From contig JAAYTD010000031.1 of the NCBI GenBank assembly GCA_012518115.1, positions 26,464-90,463 of the forward strand: 64,000 nucleotides of DNA, written 5' to 3'. The stretch is from Ignavibacteria bacterium. GTDB taxonomy: Bacteria > Bacteroidota > Ignavibacteria > Kapaibacteriales > UBA2268. Below are positions 35,981-44,831 of this stretch, piece after piece. Under the pieces are notes generated by a model. The model searched no databases and was not told the origin of the DNA. It was given only the letters and a program-made list of their open reading frames with translations. How positions within the stretch are numbered: position 1 is the first letter of the stretch; the number at the start of each line of letters is the position of its first letter. The translations under genes were made by a program, and so were the position numbers.

Positions 35981-38900
35981 ATGAAAAGAATATTACTGCT
36001 TATTTTTGTTTTTACATCTCAAGTACTCTTGTCCGCTCCTATAAACAAGTTTAATACCCAAACTAATAAAGAACTTACCACATTTGAATTATTGAAACTC
36101 AATCACAAGTTTAGTGATATTTCCAATTATCATAAAAACATAATCTTATTAAAAACAAAAAAAAATCAAAAACTAGATAAATATAATAACGTTATTTTGT
36201 CTAATTCTATTTCAGAAAAACTTGAAAAATTAGGAGCATCAGTTCAAGATATAAGAGCTCCTTTTGCAAAATATTACTTTTCTAATGGATTGCAAACAGA
36301 ACAAAGTACAAACGGGATAGAACGCATTTGCGAAATTACTATAGAAGAAACTGACGATATTCTTCGCATTTGCGAGGAGCTCTCAAAAGATGAAATGGTT
36401 GAATACGCTGAACCTGCACCTATAAGATACACCACAGGTTTTATGCCTGACGATCCCGGAATTTCATCGCAATGGCACATTAAAAATGTTAAAATTGATG
36501 AAGCTTGGGAAATTATAAAAGATAAAACTGGAGTTTTAATCGGAATTTGCGATAGTGGCACAGACCTCAATCATGTTGATTTAAAAGCTAATATCTGGAC
36601 AAATCCTAATGAAAAATTAGACGGCATAGACAATGATGGAAACGGAAAAATAGACGATATTAATGGTTGGGATTTCGTATATGAAGACAATGATCCTGGC
36701 GTTAGTAACAACCCCAAAAATGCACACGGAACTCATGTTGCAGGTTGCGCCGCTGCAGTAACAAACAATGGAACAGGAGTTGGCAGTCCTGCCGGACTAA
36801 ATTGTAAAATTGTAGTTACAAAGCATACCCCCGATCTTCAAGATCAAGCTGCAGGGATATATCGCGGCTATGAAGGAATAATATATTTGGCAAGATTAGG
36901 TGCTAGAATTATCAACTGCAGCTGGGGTGGTAATGCTAGTAGTCTTACAGAATATGAAATTATACAAGAAGCAATGAAATTAGGATCTACTATATTTGTA
37001 GCTAGTGGAAACGAGGCAAGAGATAATGATATTCACCCTTCCTATCCCGCATGCTATCCTAATGTAATTTCTATTGGTGCTACCGGATCTAACAACGGAG
37101 TAGCAAATTTTTCTAACTATGGATTCTGTACTCCTCTTTTTGCTCCTGGTGATAGAATATATTCTACAATACCATTATCTTATGGAGTAAATACTGGTAC
37201 ATCAATGGCTTCACCTATAGCTGCTGGAGTAGGAGCTATGGTTCTTTCCGTTTTTCCGAACTATACAAACAAGCAAATCTATCATCAATTACGTAGCACA
37301 GGTGATGTTATTAATGTGGCACATAAATATAAAGCTTTTAAAAAAATAAATGCTTATAATGCAGTAACTTACAATAATCCTGATTTTCCCGATAAAATTA
37401 TTCCGGGTGCTTCTGTATCAAATATATCTTTGCCTCCTTTTGATAACTTTATTAATTTTTCCTATAAAAATTTAGATTTAACTATCAAAAATTATATAGG
37501 AAAAACAGAAAATATGAAAGTTGTTATTAGAAGTGTTGACGGTTATTTGACTTCAAATGATTTTAACAAAGAATTTGAATTAGGTGATATGGAAATTAAT
37601 ACCGAAAAAAATATTTCTTTGCAAGTTGCCCTTGATTCTTTAGCAGGCATCTCCGATGGAAAAGCAAAAATTATACTTGAATACTACGACAACGAATTTT
37701 ATGATTTTGAAGTTATATATATACCAATAAAAACCTCTACAGAAAATACATATAGATATAATATGATAAGTGGTGCTACCGCTTCAAGAACACAATATGA
37801 AATGTATTACAACATACATCATTATAACGATAATTTAACGTTTGCTGTAGGTGGTCTTCATGTATACGGACGTTTATATGAAGCATATTTGCAAACAATT
37901 TCAAAATTTGCATTAGCATCTGTGAAAACAAAATTGTATCTGCCTCAACAAAGTACACCTTATACTGTCTATGCGCTTTCAGAAAAAAACTTAATTGTAA
38001 CATCGGCTACAAACACACAAAGATCTTTTATGACTCACACAAAAGATAAATTTACAAATAGTACTCCGAAATATATAGAAACAACAAGTGCAACACCATT
38101 CATTAATTATTTAACTTTTTTTGACTCAAAAAATGGAGTATTTGTAGGCGATCCTAATAAAAATGGCGAATGGGGAATAGCTATAAGCTCTGATGCAGGT
38201 GAAAATTGGGCGCCAATAACTAACTCTCCGAAAGCTGAGATAAAAAATGAAACAGGACTATTAAATGTAGCTACAACATTAGATAGCACTATATGGTTCG
38301 GTACTACTCATGGCAGAATTCTGAAAAGTAAAAATTTAGGTAAAGATTGGAAAATTGATACAGTAGCCCTAAATTCCATGATTCTTTCAATTAGTTTTGC
38401 AAATACAAATAGAGGTGCTGCAATTTACTTTGAAAACAACAATTATTATCTTGCTACAAATACAGGATTTGATGAAAAATGGCGAAAAAATGTTTTTGAT
38501 TTTTCAAAATTATCTACTGCTTATGTGCCTCAATATGTGTACGGCAATCATTTAGGTTTCTTTTTTGTAGTACTTAGCAATAATGCAACATTTGTAAGTA
38601 AAGATTTTGGTAGAAGTTGGGAAAGTATGCCAAATAAAGAACTTGCAAATGCTCAATTGTCTTATGCTGTTACTTCAAAGGATAACAGAACAATTACTTT
38701 AAAAACCTATGGATTAAATACGGACTTTAATACTAATGAGAGAGAAAATATATTTTATAATTATGTTATTGCAACATCAACGCTGGCTATTCCATTTGTA
38801 ACAAAGAACATAACAGCTACTCTAACACCAGCTAATATAGATTATGGACTTGTCAATTTGGGAGAAGATTCACTCTCTAAACTTGTTATTACTAATACAG

Positions 38901-39769
38901 GCACAAGCAACTTAATTGTAAGTGATGTAAAAATTATACCTCAAAATTCTAACACAAAAGAAAACGATTTCATAATCAAATCTTTCACTAAGGAGCTCAG
39001 CCCCGATAATCAAGGAACAATTGAAATTATATTTGCTCCGAAATCTGACGGCAAAAAGGAAGCAAAAGTTTATATTGCCAACAATAGCCAAACCCCTGAA
39101 CTTATGGCAACTTTGACAGGCGAAGGCAATTTCGTTCCTTTTGCAGAGCTGGCAGTAGATAAAAGATCTATGTTGTGGAATGAAAAATCAGAAGAAGAGT
39201 ATTTTGAAACGCAAACTATAGAACTAAAAAATGTCGGCAACTCAAATTTAGAAATTACCGAGTGCATTATAACACCTAAAAATGATGAAACTAATGCTAA
39301 AGATTTTACTTTGTTAGACACTCTACCTATAGTAATTGAACCGAATGACATTTATAAAATATCAATTAAAGCTACTCCACAAGAAGAAGAAAATTATAAA
39401 AGGCGTGAAGCTCTTTTAACTATAAAAAACAATGGGGTTAAAGATAACTATATTATTTCATTGCTACATATCAGAAATAACAAGTCAATCATAATGGTAT
39501 GTGATACAAACGTATTTTCTGCACCTTATCCAAATCCCAGCAAATTAGACATAAATATTACTGTATTTCTAAACGAAACAACAAGTTACAATATAGATAT
39601 ATTTGATATATTAGGTAATAAACTAAACCAAGTATTTAACGGTGTAGGTACAAAAGGTGAAAATAAATTAAAAATAGCGACAGATGAACTAGCTAGCGGA
39701 ACATATTATTTAGTATTAAACTTAGAAGGGAAAAAATACTACAATAAATTCGTTATAGCTAAAGAATAA
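35981..39769 (+). CDS. Subtilisin-family (S8) serine protease with central BNR/Ycf48-like repeats, Ig-like repeats and T9SS C-terminal domain
   Basis: Catalytic triad contexts ICDSGTD, HGTHVAG and GTSMASP. DxGxxW repeats (SSDAGENW, SKNLGKDW, SKDFGRSW). C-terminus PYPNPSKLDINITVF...GTYYLVLNLEGKKYYNKFVIAKE. Confidence 0.85.
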   Translation: MKRILLLIFVFTSQVLLSAPINKFNTQTNKELTTFELLKLNHKFSDISNYHKNIILLKTKKNQKLDKYNNVILSNSISEKLEKLGASVQDIRAPFAKYYFSNGLQTEQSTNGIERICEITIEETDDILRICEELSKDEMVEYAEPAPIRYTTGFMPDDPGISSQWHIKNVKIDEAWEIIKDKTGVLIGICDSGTDLNHVDLKANIWTNPNEKLDGIDNDGNGKIDDINGWDFVYEDNDPGVSNNPKNAHGTHVAGCAAAVTNNGTGVGSPAGLNCKIVVTKHTPDLQDQAAGIYRGYEGIIYLARLGARIINCSWGGNASSLTEYEIIQEAMKLGSTIFVASGNEARDNDIHPSYPACYPNVISIGATGSNNGVANFSNYGFCTPLFAPGDRIYSTIPLSYGVNTGTSMASPIAAGVGAMVLSVFPNYTNKQIYHQLRSTGDVINVAHKYKAFKKINAYNAVTYNNPDFPDKIIPGASVSNISLPPFDNFINFSYKNLDLTIKNYIGKTENMKVVIRSVDGYLTSNDFNKEFELGDMEINTEKNISLQVALDSLAGISDGKAKIILEYYDNEFYDFEVIYIPIKTSTENTYRYNMISGATASRTQYEMYYNIHHYNDNLTFAVGGLHVYGRLYEAYLQTISKFALASVKTKLYLPQQSTPYTVYALSEKNLIVTSATNTQRSFMTHTKDKFTNSTPKYIETTSATPFINYLTFFDSKNGVFVGDPNKNGEWGIAISSDAGENWAPITNSPKAEIKNETGLLNVATTLDSTIWFGTTHGRILKSKNLGKDWKIDTVALNSMILSISFANTNRGAAIYFENNNYYLATNTGFDEKWRKNVFDFSKLSTAYVPQYVYGNHLGFFFVVLSNNATFVSKDFGRSWESMPNKELANAQLSYAVTSKDNRTITLKTYGLNTDFNTNERENIFYNYVIATSTLAIPFVTKNITATLTPANIDYGLVNLGEDSLSKLVITNTGTSNLIVSDVKIIPQNSNTKENDFIIKSFTKELSPDNQGTIEIIFAPKSDGKKEAKVYIANNSQTPELMATLTGEGNFVPFAELAVDKRSMLWNEKSEEEYFETQTIELKNVGNSNLEITECIITPKNDETNAKDFTLLDTLPIVIEPNDIYKISIKATPQEEENYKRREALLTIKNNGVKDNYIISLLHIRNNKSIIMVCDTNVFSAPYPNPSKLDINITVFLNETTSYNIDIFDILGNKLNQVFNGVGTKGENKLKIATDELASGTYYLVLNLEGKKYYNKFVIAKE

Positions 39770-39771
39770 TA

Positions 39772-40692
39772 ATGGAAAATAAGTCAAGTAGAAATAAAAC
39801 ATTAAAAGTATCCGAAGAGGACGTTAAATTTTATTCAGAAAAACTATTGTTGGCAGATGACATATCTCCGTCAAATTATATAAATAAAACGATATTAGGC
39901 AATACACTAGCTGTTTTAGAAAAACTCCCTGATGAATTTGCAGATTTAATTATAATAGATCCGCCATATAATTTGACAAAAGATTTTAATAAAATAAAAT
40001 TCAAATCTCTTCCTAACTCTGAATATATTGAATACTTAACGACTTGGTTTCCTCAGGTATGTAAAAAACTTAAATCTACTGGTTCTTTGTATTTATGTGG
40101 TGATTGGAAATGTACTGCTGCCTTGCAAACAGTTTTAGAAAAAGAACTAACTATCTTAAATAGAATAACTTGGCAACGCGAAAAAGGTAGAGGTGCAAAA
40201 GCTAATTGGAAAAATTCAATGGAAGATATATGGTTCGCAGTAAAAAATCCTAAAAAATATACTTTTAATATAAATGCCGTTAAAATTAAACGCAAGGTAC
40301 TAGCGCCGTATAGAGTTAATGGAGTGCCAAAAGATTGGGAAGAGTCGGATAAAGGCAAATTTCGTAAAACATATCCTTCAAACTTTTGGGACGATATTAC
40401 TGTACCTTTTTGGTCAATGTTAGAAAATACAATACATCCTACACAAAAACCCGAAAAATTAATAGCTAAATTAATTTTAGCATCTTCAAAAGAAGGTGAT
40501 ATTGTATTTGATCCATTTTTAGGTTCTGGAACTACTTCCGTCGTCGCAAAAAAATTAAATAGAAATTATTGCGGCATTGAAATAGATAAAGAATATGCAG
40601 TTTTAGCAGAAAAAAGATTGGAACTAGCTAGTAGTAACAAAAAAATTCAAGGATATGAAGACGGAGTTTTCTGGGAAAGAAATACAAGATAA
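39772..40692 (+). CDS. Beta-class N6-adenine/N4-cytosine DNA methyltransferase, no adjacent endonuclease
   Basis: Motif IV IIIDPPYNL precedes motif I FDPFLGSGTTSVVA (beta-class order). Starts 3 nt after the protease stop. Confidence 0.8.
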   Translation: MENKSSRNKTLKVSEEDVKFYSEKLLLADDISPSNYINKTILGNTLAVLEKLPDEFADLIIIDPPYNLTKDFNKIKFKSLPNSEYIEYLTTWFPQVCKKLKSTGSLYLCGDWKCTAALQTVLEKELTILNRITWQREKGRGAKANWKNSMEDIWFAVKNPKKYTFNINAVKIKRKVLAPYRVNGVPKDWEESDKGKFRKTYPSNFWDDITVPFWSMLENTIHPTQKPEKLIAKLILASSKEGDIVFDPFLGSGTTSVVAKKLNRNYCGIEIDKEYAVLAEKRLELASSNKKIQGYEDGVFWERNTR

Positions 40693-40738
40693 ATGTAGAA
40701 AATAATTATATTAGATAAAATTGTAAATTAATAAAAAT

Positions 40739-41551
40739 ATGAAAAACAAAGTACCAACGCCAAAAAATCCTGACGATGCTCTTTCTCAAATGGAAGCATT
40801 TATTGAAATTGTAAAACTATTACGAAGAGATTGTCCTTGGGATAATAAACAAACACATAAAAGTATTTCACATTTATTAATAGAAGAAACTTACGAAACT
40901 ATTGATGCTATTAACCAAAACGATATGAAAGAGTTTCCAAAAGAATTAGGAGATCTACTCTTGCATATCGTAATGCACAGCGTTATCGCAGAAGAAAATG
41001 GTGATTTTAATTTTGCGAAGGTAATTTCTAAAGTTAGCGAAAAAATGGTACGCAGACATCCTCACGTTTTTGAATTGGACGAAAGTTATAAAGCCGAAAC
41101 TGAAGAAGAAGTTCTAAATAATTGGGAAACAATAAAAATGAAAGAAGGTAGAAAATCTGCTTTAGAAGGAGTTCCTAAAAATTTACCATCGCTACTGAAA
41201 GCTGAAAGAATACAAGAAAAAGCAGCGCGAGTAGGATTTGACTGGGATAACAAACAAGATGTTTGGGCAAAAGTAGAAGAAGAATTTTTAGAGCTAAAAC
41301 AAGAACTAGCTTCAGGAGCTCCAGCAAGAAAAGAAGAAGAATTTGGCGATTTAATATTCGCGCTTGTTAATGCTGCCCGATTTGAAAAAATTGTACCTGA
41401 AGAAGCTTTGCAATTAACAAACTTAAAATTTATAAAACGATTCCAATATGTTGAAAAACGCGCTAAAGAAGAAAACTTAAAATTAACTGAAATGACTTTA
41501 GCCGAAATGGATAAATTTTGGGATGAAGCAAAAAATATAGAAAAGAATTAA
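40739..41551 (+). CDS. mazG: Nucleoside triphosphate pyrophosphohydrolase MazG
   Basis: Tandem MazG domains: CPWDNKQTHKSISHLLIEETYE and GFDWDNKQDVWAKVEEEFLELK...EEFGDLIFALVN. Confidence 0.9.
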   Translation: MKNKVPTPKNPDDALSQMEAFIEIVKLLRRDCPWDNKQTHKSISHLLIEETYETIDAINQNDMKEFPKELGDLLLHIVMHSVIAEENGDFNFAKVISKVSEKMVRRHPHVFELDESYKAETEEEVLNNWETIKMKEGRKSALEGVPKNLPSLLKAERIQEKAARVGFDWDNKQDVWAKVEEEFLELKQELASGAPARKEEEFGDLIFALVNAARFEKIVPEEALQLTNLKFIKRFQYVEKRAKEENLKLTEMTLAEMDKFWDEAKNIEKN

Positions 41552-41565
41552 CAACAAAAAAAACT

Positions 41566-41850
41566 ATGGAAAAATCAGATTTAAAATATATAGAGCAACT
41601 AGCTGCTATTCATATTGAGCAAAAAGATGAAGAAACAGTTTTAAATACAATAAACAACGTATTAGATTATGTTTCTATTTTAGATACATACACGTTAGAC
41701 GACACAATGCAAGTCAATGAACAGATGACAGAAGGCGAGAATTTTTTGCGAGAAGACGAAGCTAAACCTTCAATATCACTAGAAGAAGCTTTATCAAATG
41801 CTACAAGAAAAAATGAGAACTTTTTCAAAGTTCCAAAAGTTATAGAATAA
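41566..41850 (+). CDS. gatC: Asp/Glu-tRNA amidotransferase subunit C
   Basis: 94 aa with IEQLAAIHIEQ...LREDEAKPS, the typical GatC pattern. Confidence 0.75.
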   Translation: MEKSDLKYIEQLAAIHIEQKDEETVLNTINNVLDYVSILDTYTLDDTMQVNEQMTEGENFLREDEAKPSISLEEALSNATRKNENFFKVPKVIE

Positions 41851-41851
41851 T

Positions 41852-42619
41852 ATGAAACAGTTGAATGCAATAGGAATTATTCCTGCACGATATGCTTCTA
41901 CACGTCTTCAAGCGAAACCTTTGGTAGATATTGGCGGTATTCCTTTAATTATTCGTGTATGGAAAAACATCTCTGAATCTAAGTTGTTAAAAAGAGTTGT
42001 TGTTGCAACCGACGATGAAAGAATTTTAGAAATTTGTAACCAATATGGTGCTGAAGCAATACTAACTCCAATAGAGCTCGTCTCGGGAACAGACAGAGTT
42101 TATAATGCTTATAAAAAAATTGGAGCTAGCGAAGAAATTATTGTCAATATACAAGGCGATGAACCTCTTTTAACTTATGATATTGTAGATAATTTATTAG
42201 AAAAATTTGCTTTATCTTCGGCTGATGTTGCTACAATTATTACAAAAATTAATGATGAAAAAGAACTTTTTTCAGGAAATTGTGTAAAAGTAGTAATTGA
42301 CAAGAACAATATAGCTATCTATTTTTCGCGCTCTCCAATTCCCTATCTACGAGATAAGGCAAAAAGCGAATGGATAGAAAACGCACTTTTTTGGAAACAT
42401 ATCGGAATATATGCTTACAAAAAAGAAGCATTAGAAAAATTTGTGAATTTACCAGTATCTAAGTATGAAAACTTAGAAAAGTTGGAACAACTTCGTCTTT
42501 TAGAAGAAAACGCAAAGTATTTATGCGTTGAATGTAACAAAAAACTTATAGGTGTTGATACTCCAGAAGATTTAGAACTTGTAAGAAAAATTATAATTAA
42601 TAACAATCTAACAAAATAA
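41852..42619 (+). CDS. kdsB: 3-deoxy-manno-octulosonate cytidylyltransferase (CMP-KDO synthetase)
   Basis: GIIPARYASTRLQAKPL, GTDRV, NIQGDEPL and EQLRLLE motifs. Confidence 0.9.
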   Translation: MKQLNAIGIIPARYASTRLQAKPLVDIGGIPLIIRVWKNISESKLLKRVVVATDDERILEICNQYGAEAILTPIELVSGTDRVYNAYKKIGASEEIIVNIQGDEPLLTYDIVDNLLEKFALSSADVATIITKINDEKELFSGNCVKVVIDKNNIAIYFSRSPIPYLRDKAKSEWIENALFWKHIGIYAYKKEALEKFVNLPVSKYENLEKLEQLRLLEENAKYLCVECNKKLIGVDTPEDLELVRKIIINNNLTK

Positions 42620-42634
42620 AAAACAATTTACATA

Positions 42635-43429
42635 ATGAAAAAAACACTAATCTTCCTTATATTAGCAATATGCTCTTTAAGCTTATTGACTGCACAAAGC
42701 AAATATCGTTATATAAAAAATGAAGCTTTTGGCTACGGTGAACGTTTAGAATACAAAGTCGGATTGATAGGTGGAGTTTTAAATGGATTGGGCGGAAGTG
42801 GTGGAATTGCTGTTGGTAAAAAACCAGTATTTCGCGAAGGACGCCCCTGTTATGATGTACGTTTTTGGGTAGATTCCGAAGGAATTGTAGAATTAACTTA
42901 TCCTGTCCACGATAAATATCGTAGCGTTATTGATATAGCAGGAATTTTTCCATACGAATTTTATCAAAGAATTCGCGAAGGAAGCTATAAACGAGATTTC
43001 AAAGCTAGCTTTGACCAAACTAACAATTATGCTATAGTTGATAATAAAAAGTATAAGATTGAAGAATATATGCAGGATATACTTTCAGCGTTTTATTATG
43101 TGCGAACAATGGATTTATCTTCTATGCCTTCAGGTCATACGTTTGAGTTGAAGAACTTCTATAGAGACACTACTTTTACTTTACCTGTAAGAATTATAAA
43201 ACGTGAATTAATTTCAGTTCCAGCGGGAAAATTCAATACAATTGTTGTCAAACCAATAATAAAAGAAGGTGGATTGTTTAAGTTTAACAGCGACATTAGT
43301 ATTTGGCTAACTGATGACGAAAGAAAAATACCTGTAAAAGTTGCAACATCTATTATTATAGGTGAAGCTGGAGCGGAGCTCGTTAGATACAGCGGAGTAC
43401 GTGGAAAAGTTTCTGCAAAAGTAGAATAA
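42635..43429 (+). CDS. Secreted DUF3108-like protein
   Basis: Signal peptide. GERLEYKV...WLTDDERKIPVKV pattern as I recall it for DUF3108. Function unknown. Confidence 0.45.
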   Translation: MKKTLIFLILAICSLSLLTAQSKYRYIKNEAFGYGERLEYKVGLIGGVLNGLGGSGGIAVGKKPVFREGRPCYDVRFWVDSEGIVELTYPVHDKYRSVIDIAGIFPYEFYQRIREGSYKRDFKASFDQTNNYAIVDNKKYKIEEYMQDILSAFYYVRTMDLSSMPSGHTFELKNFYRDTTFTLPVRIIKRELISVPAGKFNTIVVKPIIKEGGLFKFNSDISIWLTDDERKIPVKVATSIIIGEAGAELVRYSGVRGKVSAKVE

Positions 43430-43442
43430 ATAAATTTGACTT

Positions 43443-43781
43443 ATGCTTAAGATAGATAAGTTTTTAGATACTGAACCTGTTATTATAAAAATTAGCGGAA
43501 TACTTGATTCTGTTACAACAAAAGAATTTCAAAACGAAATCAACGACATTCTATCACTTAATCATAAAAAAATGATAATAGATTTTGCTGAAATTTCTTA
43601 TATTAACAGCAAAGGAATAAAAGCTCTTATAGAAATACTAAAAACTATTTCTTCTATGAGAGGAGAACTATATTTTGTAGCTCTCTCGCCTCATATCTAT
43701 GAAATATTTAAAGTATTAGGATTAGATAAAGTATTTCAAGTATTTGATAATTATAAAGATATCATAGCAAAACTAACGTAA
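43443..43781 (+). CDS. STAS-domain anti-sigma-factor antagonist-like protein
   Basis: 112 aa. IIDFAEISYINSKGIKALIEIL with Ser at the phospho-site position, and a C-terminal LGLDKVFQVF typical of SpoIIAA/RsbV. Confidence 0.7.
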   Translation: MLKIDKFLDTEPVIIKISGILDSVTTKEFQNEINDILSLNHKKMIIDFAEISYINSKGIKALIEILKTISSMRGELYFVALSPHIYEIFKVLGLDKVFQVFDNYKDIIAKLT

Positions 43782-43793
43782 TTTTTCTTAATT

Positions 43794-44828
43794 ATGAATA
43801 ATATAAAAAAAATACTGAAAATATATTTAACTTTACTGATTTTGGTAACTACTTTTAACAGTTCAATTGTTCTTGCAACAACTAATGAACAATATCAAAA
43901 AGTTAATATAATAACAACATATGCACCGAATATAAAACTTGCGGGATTGGCATTTGCTAAGTACTCTAATTCGTTTGCAGATAATGGTATTCTTGTTTCT
44001 ATAGATAATACTAACTCCAATAGCAAAGTTTTAGATCTCGTTTCCTCAGGTAAAAAACAATTTGGAATAATGAATGCAAATGATTTTTTTATTTATTATG
44101 CCGAATCTGAAAAAACACCTAATATTATAGTTGTAGGAAGTACAATAGTAAAATCAAAACAATTTATAGTTGCTAAAAAGAGTTCAGGAATTAAAAAAAT
44201 CAATGATTTAGAAAACAAGAAAATTGCTATTTCTATACATAATGACGGCACAAGCAAAAAATATAAAATATATGAATTACTTTTAAAGAAAAACAAGGTA
44301 AAAGCAAGTAAAATAGTTCATCAAAAAAACTATACAGTAATGCCACTTCTATTTGATGCAGTTGATGCTATGTTAGTAACAGATCCTGAAGAGCTCTTTG
44401 CTTGCTTTACTAACGGTCTTAATGATAGAACATTAGAAATTATTCCATTAGAAGATAAAGTATTAGAAAATATACCTGAAAGTTTTGTAATTGTAAATCG
44501 CGATTTTTATAATCTACACCCTATATTAACTCAGAAACTATTAAAGCTATTGACACAAGGTTGGCAAAACGCCGCTAATCCTAATAAAATAACAGACGTA
44601 TTAAAAATAATCAATAAAAGCGTTGTTATGAACAACTCAGAATTTTCATATCCAAAAGAAGTTTGGCTATTAAAACATATTGGAAAGAATCTAAAGCCTA
44701 AAGTAGGAATGGATATTATGACGAAAGAGAATTTTGAAAATATTATAAACATGTATTATAACAATAATATAATTCCAACTAAATTAAATTACAACAAAAT
44801 TTTTTCCCGGTTACTGATAAAACAATAA
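43794..44828 (+). CDS. Periplasmic solute-binding protein-like (NMT1/SsuA-type fold suspected)
   Basis: N-terminal signal/anchor. Alternating beta-alpha pattern resembling type II SBPs. No strong motif, so this is a low-confidence family call. Confidence 0.3.
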   Translation: MNNIKKILKIYLTLLILVTTFNSSIVLATTNEQYQKVNIITTYAPNIKLAGLAFAKYSNSFADNGILVSIDNTNSNSKVLDLVSSGKKQFGIMNANDFFIYYAESEKTPNIIVVGSTIVKSKQFIVAKKSSGIKKINDLENKKIAISIHNDGTSKKYKIYELLLKKNKVKASKIVHQKNYTVMPLLFDAVDAMLVTDPEELFACFTNGLNDRTLEIIPLEDKVLENIPESFVIVNRDFYNLHPILTQKLLKLLTQGWQNAANPNKITDVLKIINKSVVMNNSEFSYPKEVWLLKHIGKNLKPKVGMDIMTKENFENIINMYYNNNIIPTKLNYNKIFSRLLIKQ

Positions 44829-44831
44829 ATT

